This document shows positions 1-10,992 of a DNA stretch of 64,000 nt, one piece after another. This DNA comes from Salpingoeca rosetta. Its lineage: Eukaryota; Protista; Choanoflagellata. The position numbers were made by a program, and so were the translations under genes. How positions within the stretch are numbered: position 1 is the stretch's first letter; the number at the start of each line of letters is the position of its first letter. The DNA is taken from the NCBI GenBank assembly GCA_033442325.1, contig JAWQFM010000022.1, positions 477,230-541,229 on the forward strand, read 5' to 3'. Under the pieces are notes generated by a model. It searched no databases. It was not told where the DNA came from and worked only from the letters and a program-made list of their open reading frames with translations.

Positions 1-1071
1 ATGTCCACCTGTGCTGCCTTGAGCAGGTGGTGCCGTGCTGCGGCAAGGTTCATGTTGCACACCGCGTGCACCAGGCCAAGTGCCGCCTGCACAAACCGCC
101 GATCCGCGCCCCGCACGTGCGGCTGGTTCAGCTCTTGCATCAGGCGACGCACGCACACCTCCTTCGACACGTTGGGCGCCTGCTGCGCTTGCACGTGATA
201 GCGTGCGGTGACAAGCGTGCTGGAGACAACGGGCCCGAGGTCCGGGTGTGTGTCCAGAAGCGCAGACAGACACACGAGCGCAATGACGTCGTCAGGCGCA
301 CAGGAGACGGAAAACTCAAAGCACGCCTTTGCCGTTCGCAGGTGGCCGCCGCTCCAGCGATGGATCCCAGTCGTGCTCATCTGTTGGTGGTGGTGGCGTT
401 GTAAGTGGTGTTGTTGTAGATGAGCATGTGTACCGTGTGAAAAAAGGCAAATCAGCAGGGTGGAGTGGACAAGGAGATTGTGATGCATCCGGCAAGCTAC
501 AGCAATGTGTGAGATATTTCACGCACAGCCGTGTACGACATACACCCTCATTCAAGTAATACACACAGGTTCACATACACGCACGCACGCACGCATGCGC
601 GCGCGCCCCTTGCACACGTACATTGACAGCGGCTGCAAGGTTTTCCATCTGCGTGCGCTTGGTCAGCTCTGCACGAAGCAGGTCGTGCGTGACCCGGGAT
701 TCTTGGAGCTGGCGACGGAGGACGCTGATCTGCTTGTTGGTGTCGCAGTCGCAGGAGAGGTGATGGCGATGCCGGTGACGCTGCGGGTGCCGCTGCTGCG
801 CCGTCTTCAGGCCAACTTTGCACTCCTTGCCGCCGGTGGGCGACTTGGCACAACCCATGTCATCGGCGAGCATGCGACGCCCCTGGCGTTTCGCTTCCGC
901 CTTTTTCTCCTTGTATTCAGCGCACCACGGGTCCAGCGCAACCTCCCCTGCCGGTTTACTGTTCTTGGGCACTTGCGGGTATTCGTCCAATGCGCCTGGC
1001 GTGCGCTGGCCACCACCACTGCGGGCTCCAGCGTCGCCCGCTCTTCTTCGTGCAGCATGGGCTGCCTGCAT
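1..1071 (-). CDS. Hypothetical spliced protein, 5' part only; runs off the window start
   Basis: Exon ~622-1071 (MQAAHAARR...short coiled coil ISVLRRQLQESRVTHDLLRAELTKR) ends at a GT donor. An open minus frame continues from ~430 to position 1. No family recognised; start and acceptor are uncertain. Confidence 0.45.
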
Positions 1072-1138
1072 CTTTGTCGGGCTGCTGCTCGTCGTTGCTC
1101 GTCCTGTGACCGTGCGAACAGCCCCCAAAGCTGGTGAC

Positions 1139-1171
<33 letters not shown>

Positions 1172-1663
1172 CTGTATGTGTGTGTGTATGTGTGACTGTA
1201 TGTGTGACTGTATGTGTGTGTGCGTGGAGTGTTGAAGCGAGGCGGTCCAACCACAAGGATACAACCACACCACAACTCTTGTGTTGGTGTGTGTGCACCG
1301 ATGTGAGCTGCTCGCTTGGCTCGTTTGCTTTTCTTCTCCCTTGCTTCAACAGGCTCACGGGCGCGCGTGTGTGTGTGTATCTGGTGCAGAAATGAAAAGA
1401 AAACACACACGAACACGTACACAGGTGTTCATGCACACACGGAGAACGTGTCACATCACATCACTGGCTGCAGCCAGCGACCCTTGCTGGTGCCGCTGTC
1501 ATGCCATGCCATCATGCATGCGCTGCATGCCAGCGCACCAGCCAAAGTCGTCTGTTGTCATTGCTGAAAATTGTTAAATATCATTCATAAACACCGTCGG
1601 TTATGAACTCGGGCGTGTGACGATGGAAACGTGAGTTCGACATCAAGACAAGAGTCCGCGACG

Positions 1664-1665
<2 letters not shown>

Positions 1666-1757
<92 letters not shown>

Positions 1758-1871
1758 CCGACGACACACACNNNNNNNNNNNNNNNNNNNNNNNNNNNNN
1801 NNNNNNNNNNNNNNNNNNNNNNNNNNNNNNNNNNNNNNNNNNNNNNNNNNNNNNNNNNNNNNNNNNNNNNN

Positions 1872-1948
<77 letters not shown>

Positions 1949-2008
1949 GCACACACACACACGCGCACACACACGCACACGCGCACACACACGCACACGC
2001 ACACACAC
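1666..2008. repeat. (CA)n microsatellite interrupted by a 100-N assembly gap (1772-1871)
   Basis: Seen directly. Representative of dozens of (CA)n/(TG)n tracts in introns throughout the window. Confidence 0.95.
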
Positions 2009-2044
2009 GCAGGTTCTCAGCCATCCAAAACGACCCTTGTCGGC

Positions 2045-2525
2045 TCAGCAGATTGGGGAGATGGAGAGTGTTTTGGCAAGCCAGGAAAGCGCATTGGGGA
2101 CGCCATCGCCGGTGGTGATGCACGTTTCGTGAATGTAGTGCGGGCGGGACGCGGCAACGGCCGAGAGGTTGAGGGCGGTCGAGACCTCCTGTTTCGTCGC
2201 TGCATCGGGGAGGTCGCTCTTGTTGGCAAGAACAAGCAGCCCCGCTTTTGGTGGCAGGATGCCGAGCACGTACTCCAGCTCCCGCTTTGCCTCGTCCAAT
2301 CGGTATTGATCCGAAGCGTCAACCACATACACCAGCGCCTGCGCCCCCTCCGCAAACACCTTCCACAACGGCCGAATCTGTTTCGTGTGTGTTGTGTGCA
2401 TGTGTGTGATGTGTGTGTGTGTGTGTGTGTGATATGTGTGAAGAACAAAGCCCCGAGCGAGAGTGAGTGTTGCGATGATCGTTCAAGTAGAAACTGCGGG
2501 TGTGAGTGCGTGACTCGGTCGCTCA

Positions 2526-2608
<83 letters not shown>

Positions 2609-2953
2609 TCACGCGCACAAAAAAACATACATCGCACACAACAAAACACGGAATGACACGCGTGGGTTCAGCCAGGATTGTCAGAGCGCGGGTACACAAG
2701 CACTGGCCCAAATTCTCACCGGAGAACGGCCGCCGACGTCAAAGGAGACAAATGTTGTACGATTTACATTGAGCTGTTCGCAGTTGAAGCCAATGGTGGG
2801 GATGAACGCCTCAACTTCGCCTGCCTTGCCGCCACTGCTCTCCTTCAATTTGTACAGCAGCGTTGTCTTGCCACTCGCATCCAAGCCAAGCAACAGCACC
2901 CGCACCTTGCTCTCAAAGTACGGCACAAACTTTTGCTTCCACGCATTCCCCAT
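2045..2953 (-). CDS. ADP-ribosylation factor (Arf/Arl)-family small GTPase, 2 exons (2720-2953, 2045-2377)
   Basis: MGNAWK N-terminus (Gly2), P-loop GLDASGKT, PTIGFN switch I, DVGG, IRPLW, VYVVDASD, LANKSD. A GTGAG donor and CAG acceptor join in frame. Confidence 0.93.
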
Positions 2954-3567
2954 GGCTCTGGCTGCTGCTGGTTGTAGGGTTCTGGTTCGCCTCGCTGCTG
3001 GTTCACCTCGCTGTTGTGGTGCGTTGTTCCTTTGGTGTTGTTGGGTGTCTTCGTTCGTTTGCTCGTTCTTTCTTTCTGTGATGCTGTCAGTGCACACGCG
3101 CATGCACGCACTTGCTGCTATCGCTTCTCGGGAAACGTAAATGATGCACAATCTGCCTCTGCAGATCTCTGGCGCTCGCACACAGTGCCAGCACAGCAAA
3201 CTGCTGGCTTCTTGTGCTGCGTTGGCGGTTTTGTTCTTTTTGGCAAAAGGCACTTTGCCACCAAAGGGAGGACAGCAACGATGATGTCATGCCAGGTCAC
3301 GAAGACGCCCGCCTTCTCCGCTCTGCCTTCATGTACATTCGAGAGTCGAACTTTGCGTCATTCTTGCCTCCTTTGTGCTCGTCTTCCCGTTCGGTGGATG
3401 AGTAGGTTTATTGCGGCGCCGTTTCACCTGTTTCCGCTTGTTGTTCCCCACGTAGCCAAACGAGCAGCAATGCAGCAATGTCACATCACACATCTCACAC
3501 CTCGCATTCCGCATGAGCACAGCTTGGCCAGCTTCTGAAGCTTCTTCTCTGTTCTCCGAGGAAGAGG

Positions 3568-5232
3568 ATGACCACAACAAGCGCGTGCACCAGGCTGCTG
3601 CTTTGCCTTGTGCTTCTGGTAGCCACCATCCTTCCCGCACACGCCGAGCCGATATCGCTCGGCTGCCTCCAAGCCGGCACTCACGCCAGTAAGTCGACTA
3701 CAAGGTTCTTTCTTGACTCGCTGCTTGCACTGCCACACACGAAAACAGTGTCGTGTGGTTCTTGTTTGTCACCAGGGATGGGACAGGGGGAATATTGGAG
3801 AACTTGGAGAAGGACCTGAGGCGGCAAGGGCGGTGAAGAGCAAGAGCGAGAAAACACACGTTCACACGCACGCACACCACAGATAGCGAACAACTACACT
3901 AGCAGCAGCAGCAACAACAACAACAACAACAACACTCGTAACAACGACGAGACGACGCAGACGACGTCGTCCGATTGTTGCCTGTTCGCGTCATCGAACA
4001 ACGCATCGCACGTATGCAAGCTCACGAGCTGTTGTGTTTTGTTTCTCACCTGACTGTCAGGCATCTGTGACGACCTTCAAAGGCTTGTGCAAGCAGCAAG
4101 CCAAGTCCAGCCGCGAGATGTAAAGGTTCATGTGTTGACGAAAGAAAACATCTTGGACGCCGCCGCTGACGCCCTCATCGACTATGCAATCGTGGATCCA
4201 ACCTCTGCTGCCTGCCTCCAGGCTGAACACAGCGCTGCACCCATCGCCACACTCGCAGACCCTCTCCTTGAAGGTGTGTTCCATGTACAGTGCCCGTGTA
4301 GGTGTATACTGCACGTCACTCGCACTCGCACCTGCGCTTAGACTTCTACACGTTTGTTCCAACTCCTCCACGCCCTAGCGTGCGTTTGCTTCCACTCCTC
4401 AACCTCTTCTCCGCCCTCTGTAGCGTTTCGGTGCCCTTCCCACAGACCCATGACTCAAGTATCAAATCACCTTGGTGCCATCCCTTTGCGTGTCATCTGT
4501 GCAACTTCCGTTCAGGCGATGGGTACCTGCATGAAGTTGGCGGCGTCATCTTTGCCAAGGCGGACAGCGGCATTGACTCGTTTAACGACTTGGTGGACCG
4601 TGTTGTTGCGGCTCCGACAGCCACAGCGTTCAGCGGCATCCAAGCACAGTTCTTTGAGTACCGCCAGCGAACGGGACGAGACCTGATTGACGACGCCGTC
4701 ATGGTGCGTGTACGTGCATGTGTGCGCATATGCGCGTGTGTGTATTGTTGAAGCGGCAAGGAAGGGGGAAAGGCACCGCTCTGCTCTTTGCTTCATGCTG
4801 TTGGGGCAGAGGTTATGAATGGCGCGTGTAGATTTATTATGTGGGTGGCAGTCGCCACCCCACTCATTCACGCACCCTCTGCGCGCCCACTCTGTACGAC
4901 CTTTCCCTTTCCTGTACTTCACGTTTACGTCCATTGCCGTCACATTGCCTTGATTTCACACCACACCGCACATGACAACCAGATGCAATTCTACAACACA
5001 TCGAGGCAAGTTGTGGACGCCGTGTTGGAGGGCAAGGCAGAGGCCGGCGCCGTGCCATCTGGAACACTGGAAGAGCTGTTTCTCGAGGGCACCATTGCCC
5101 TTGACGGCCTGCATGTGCTGTCGGAGAAGCTCGTTGTTCGCGAAGGTCGCCAATATCCGTACTTCACATCGACGCCCGTCTACCCAAACTGGGCCCTCAT
5201 CGCCATGCCCTCAACGTCCATCGAGGTGACGC

Positions 5233-5306
<74 letters not shown>

Positions 5307-8300
5307 CGTTCGTCACTCACAAGCGCACTCCTGCAATCCCTCACACACACACTCTCTCTCTCTCGCTCATGTGCGCGCGAATGTAGGAGCGAAACGACTT
5401 TGAATCCTGGCTGCTGCTGCCTTCGTACAACTCAACTGAGCACCTCCACTTTGCACCACCGCTCAGCTACACCGCTGCCAGCACAGTACTGGTGAGAGAA
5501 GACTGGATGCTTTGCAATATGTCGTGCGATGCAAAACTCTTTCTCACACGCTTGCCGAACGTCAGCGTGAACTCTAGCCCAAGCAACCAGCACTGGCTCG
5601 CATGTGTATGCACACATACGCACACGTGTCCTCTCGTGCACTCACTCGCTCGCTCACACACACACACACACGCACACACACGCGCGCACACACGCACACA
5701 CACACACACAAATGCATGCAGACCATGTTTGGGGTGATTATTCCTGATGCAACGAGGCCAGGCCTTGGCTATTGCCAACGATTCGAGACCGCCTACGACG
5801 CAATTCTCTGTCCTGCTGACCACTACAAACTCCCACCGTACGCTGTTGACGGCACGTGTGACCTGTACACACAGCACCCCTGTCCACCGGGCGTCCTCTG
5901 TGTCTGTCGACCTTGCAAGAAGGCACTGCCAGTTGAGGTGTGTTGTCGTTTGTGCTTGTGTGCATGCGTGCTCTGATGCGCCATTGTCATGGCTCTCCTT
6001 GAAACTACACATGTGTGCACATCGCCCCGCCATCATGTGTGTTCACTGGTTTCCTTGCCCGCACTTGCGTACGCTCGCTGCCGCGCTCTCTTGTCACAAC
6101 GCTGAACATCGCACGCACACACATGTGCACGCGTGGATGATCGCAGGTGCATCCTGTTGACCACCACATCTCCGAGTTGCAGCTTGACAGCGACACGAGA
6201 GACGTGCTAGAGGCGCTGTCAAAGACATGCTCTCGCATGGAAATCTGCCTGGAGAAGATCCAGAACGAGGACCAATACTTTCTCATGGAAGACAACGAGT
6301 ACCGCACGCGGCCCAACAAGGACACCTACTACTTCCTGGTGCGAACGCTGCGGGAGGATGGCAGTGTTGTGGAAGTCAAGGCTGAGCACGCCGAAACGCA
6401 CCCAGAGCTCTCTTGGATGGAGGTCAGCGAGACGCGCTTTGGCATCCACACCGTGCAGGTATTGCCTCTCGCTCGTGCGCCTGTGGGCTCGTGCGTGTGC
6501 GCATGTGCCTTATTCGTACGCGTAGGTGTGTGAAACTGATTGTTTGCGTTGAGGTGTGCGTGTGTGTGTACGTACGTGCGTATGCGTACGTGCGAACACG
6601 CGTTTATATGTGCACCTCATTGAGCATGGAACGCAAGAGAAACGGCGCTGGTCCGCCACACACCAAGGATTATGTAACCTTAATCAATTCCACCCCGTGT
6701 TTCTGTTGCGAGCATCAAACCCCTTCCACGTCTCATCCCCTCCCCTCCCCTCCCCCTTGTGCAGATCCTGCTCGCAGATGACAACATCCCCGAAGACCAG
6801 TGGGAGCACCTTGAGGCCTCGCCCTTTCTCATGCGCGTGCTGCCACGCGAATGCCCGCCAGACAAAGAGGCCACACAGTTGGGCACGTGCGGCTGTCCTG
6901 CGCAGACCCTCAACATGGGTGGAAAATGCCTGCGCGCACGGGAGTTTGTGCCCATTTTCCTCGTCATCGCGCTCGTGTTCATCGCCATCCTGTCCTACGT
7001 CATCATTGTGATCATGCGCAAGCGTGCGGATGCGCTGTGGCATATTGACAGCGAGGACATTGTTGTGAGCGACCCGCCCGACATGCTTGGCCGAGGAGCG
7101 TTTGGAGTTGTGATCAAGGGGGAGCTGAACGGCACCGCCATCGCCATCAAGCGGGCAATCCCACGACCGCCCTCGTCCAAGAGTGGCAGCTCCACCGGCA
7201 AACGCAGCAGCTCCTCCCTCGCCAGCGATGCAAGCGGGTCAACCAAGCACTCCCGGATCGGTCGCAAGCGCATCAACTCCGTGGCCAGGTCCACCGTGAA
7301 TGGCCAGAAAAGCCTCAGCCCTTGCACGACATTTGTGGAGGTGGACAACAGCACTAAGGAACAACGCCTGCTTCGTGCCCTCACCGCATTCACAGACGCC
7401 GCCAGTATCGCCAGCGTCAGCAGCGGCAAGCGCTACAGATACTTCTCATCGGCAAAGTGCGTGGCCATGCAATGACCGAGAGCGTGTTGTGGCACGAGAG
7501 CGTTATGACATGAACACTTGGTGGTGATTGATTGGCTGATGGCAAGGGGCGACATGGGAGAGAAGTGAGGCACTCCCCGTCGTTGGTGTTTGCGTTTTGT
7601 TTTCTCAGAACTGATGCATGTTGTATGTGTGCGCATGTGTGCGTGAACATTTGCATCCGTATCTGTGTATGTGTGTGTGTGTGTGTGTGCTTTGACTGGG
7701 GTTGCAGGGCTGACTTTATGGCCGAGATTCGCCTGCTTTCGCGCCTGCGCCATCCATGCGTCGCCACCATGCTTGGTGCCATCTTCACAAAGTCAAGCGA
7801 AGTTCTCCTCGTCATGGAATACCTCGAGCACGGGTTAGCGCGCGAGGTGTGGGTGGGTGGATGAGCAGATGGATCGGTGAACTTGGTTCGCGGAAGTCTT
7901 CGTTTGCGCCTGCGGTCGGACATCGCTGTCTCCTTTCACTCACATCCAACACATGCGCGCGCACATATTTATCCGCACACACACATACGCACACCGCTCA
8001 TAATTGCACGTACGTTCGAAGGTCACTGTATGACTTCCTGCGCAACGACAAGCTGCCGACGCCAGACATGTTCCTGCTGCCCATTGTCAAGGACATTGTG
8101 TCTGGCATGCGCTACATCCACAACCTCAAGCCGCCGGTTGTGCACGGCGACCTCAAGGCAAAGAACGTGCTTGTGGATGGCAACTTCAAGGCCAAGATTG
8201 CCGACTTTGGGCTCTCGCAGAAACGTCGCTTTGGCTGTGGCACACCATACTGGATGGCGCCAGGTGTGTGTGTGTGTGTGTGTGGTGTATGCGTGTGTGC

Positions 8301-10337
8301 ATATGTGCATGTGCACACGTGTGTGTGTGCGTGTGTGTGCCAGGATGCGTTGTGCATGTGTGTGTTGCACAGTTGCGTCCTTTCCCCCTACCTCAACACA
8401 TACACAACCTTCCAACCACTGCCACTCACAGCCACTGCAACTCATAACCACCACCACCACAACCACCCATTGCCACCAATCATCCAAACCATGCAGAGGT
8501 GCTGCGCGGAGGAGAGGTGACGCGGGAGGCGGACGTGTACAGCTTCGCCATCACCGTGTACGAGATCTACAGCCGGCAGGACCCGTTCGCAGAGGAGGAC
8601 GCATCGGAGGTGCTCCGCCAGATCGCCGCGCGCCAGGTGCCGGCAAAGCGACCCGACATCCCAGACTCGTGCCCCGTCATGCTGGCTGAGCTTGCGCGGC
8701 GGTGCTGGTCCGAGGAGCCCAAGTTCCGGCCAACGTTCGACCAGGTGGACGCGCAGCTGAGCGAGCTCAACATCAGCAAGGTGGGCGCAAGCCTCATCCA
8801 GCAGAAGCAGGACGCGCTGAAGAAGGCCACGGTGCTGCACGACGTGTTCCCGCCGCACATTGCCAAGATGCTGGAGGAGGGCAAGAAGGTGCACCCGGAG
8901 CACAAGGACGACGTGACCATCTTCTTCTCCGACATTGTGGGCTTCACCAACATCAGCGCGCAGCTGACGCCGGCGGCGGTGTCGGACATGCTGGACCGAC
9001 TGTACTCTGCCTTTGACGAGCTGACGGAGAAGCACGGCGTGTTCAAGGTGGAGACCATTGGCGACGCGTACATGGCGGCAACAAACCTTGTTGAGCCGCA
9101 GCACGACCACGCGCTCCGCATTGCGCAGTTTGCGGAGGACGCCATCAAGGCGGCGCAGTCGACGTTCATTGACATGGAGCGGCCGGAGCTCGGGTGCGTG
9201 AACATCCGCGTTGGGTTCCACTGCGGCCCTGTTGTGGCCAACGTTGTTGGGCGGCGCAACCCGCGGTACTGCCTGTTTGGGGACACGGTGAACACGGCGT
9301 CGCGCATGGAGAGCTCGAGCGAGCGCAACAAGATCCACGTGTCGACGTCTGCGGGGGACCGCGTGCGGAGCCAGGCGCCGTGGGTGAAGCTTGAGTCGCG
9401 CGGGGTGCAGAACATCAAGGGCAAGGGCGAGATGCTGACATACTGGCTGGTGAGCACGAAGAAGGAAGCAAGCGGCCCCAGCGAGCTGACGACGGTGCAA
9501 GAGGCCGAGGAACCAGAGCTCGAAGTTGCAGAGCAGCCGCCCATGACATCACCCCGCTCCCTCACTTGGGCTGATCAGCAATCTGCGCCATCAGGCAACG
9601 CGGGCTCAAACCAAGATATTTCAACTGTTGGAAAACTTGTGCGGACCATCAGCGGCACCCTCTCCGGCAAGCGGCGAAACAGCGGCGACAAACCAAAACG
9701 CAACAACAGCCTGACGAGGCTCTTCGGGCACCGCAGCACCCCCGTGCAGCCGGCCGAATCCGACACAGATACGGACGTGGAATCGCAGACAGCGCGGTCG
9801 TCTATTGACTTTCGCCCACACCTCAGCGCCAGCAGCGGCAGCAGCACCTCTCAAGCGCAACAAATGACCACACCCGCTGTCCCTGGCACGGTCCAGCTTG
9901 AGGGTGGCATTGTCAGTGCCACCGACGTTGACCAGTATAACGGCGACGACGACGACGACGATGACGACCGTGATGATTATTGGGGTAGCGGAGGCGAGCT
10001 GCTGCAACAGGATGCACGGCTGCTGGGCGATTCACCATCACCAGTGGTCCTCAGCAACATGTCATCACCACAGCCTGTCCGGCGCAGCAACCTACGCAAC
10101 GAGGAGCCACCAACACACAAGACGCCCACCAAGTTGAACCAGGCCGCAAACCCCACGCCCACCTCAGCCACGGCCACCACTCGGCGCAAGAAGCTGCCAA
10201 TCGCTGCTGGCTTGTCCTCGCGCCACCAGGGTGCGACGGCCAACAACAGCATGTCTGCAGTGAGCAGCACGGCCAACACAAGCCGTCAAAGTAACGATGA
10301 CACGCCGAACTCGCTTGCCTCACCGCTGCTCGTGTGA
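3568..10337 (+). CDS. Receptor-type guanylate cyclase: signal peptide, PhnD/TtrS-like periplasmic-binding sensor, Cys-rich region, TM, protein kinase domain, class III guanylate cyclase, disordered tail (multi-exon)
   Basis: Signal peptide LLLCLVLLVATILPAHA. Sensor motifs GGVIFAKADSGIDSFNDL, VVDAVLEGKAEAGAV, STPVYPNW. TM ~6945-7015. Kinase motifs GRGAFGVV, AIK, HGDLKAKN, DFG, YWMAP|E. Cyclase motifs VTIFFSDIVGFT, KVETIGDAYM, RYCLFGDTVNTASRMES, with the Glu and Cys of GTP-specific cyclases. Confidence 0.92.
5233..5306 (+). repeat. (ATG)n/(TGA)n trinucleotide microsatellite in an intron of the cyclase gene
   Basis: Starts just after the GTGACG donor at ~5226. Confidence 0.85.
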
Positions 10338-10863
10338 TACCATGAAATGTAGGCTTTGTTGAGGAGTAGCTCCTGCATCACGCTTCTCATTGTGCCTCGC
10401 CCCCCCCCCCAAAACAAAACACTCAAACAAACAGAACGAATGAGTGTGCTGGGTGTGATCGTACAGCCCACCATGGCTGGCTTGTGCATTGGTTTCAATC
10501 AAAACACTGGGTATCACCACTTGGGTCATGTGTCACTTGATGCTTTTCAATACCAACTGTTCAATTCATGTCGAGTTACATTATACCAGAACAAGCAAAG
10601 ATAAAGCAAAGAAGGGGCGAGGCAGCCGAAAGAAGAGAAAGCCAAGCAACAGTCGGCCGGCAGCCAAACGCGCGTATGGGTCAGAACCAAAGCTGATCCC
10701 ACGTCCGAAGCATGGCAGACACATCGATTGGGATGTGAGCCGACGACATGAATGTAACACAACACCTGTAACAACATAACATAATATGCACTACAGAGAA
10801 TACGAAAATACGAAAATACAAATATCTCCCGCTCGCAGCTAAACACCTGCGCATTGCCCGTCT

Positions 10864-10945
<82 letters not shown>

Positions 10946-10992
10946 GCGTGCGCGCGCGCGCACCACTTCGATTTGCGTTTGAGCAGTTCGTA

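Noticed and set aside
1581-2656. Many HTHT/CVCV-rich ORFs here and throughout the window
   Set aside because: They are translations of (CA)n/(TG)n microsatellites, which contain no stop codons.
5233-5306. Poly-methionine tract in ORF 4788..5495
   Set aside because: It follows a GT donor at ~5226 and is an intronic (ATG)n microsatellite.
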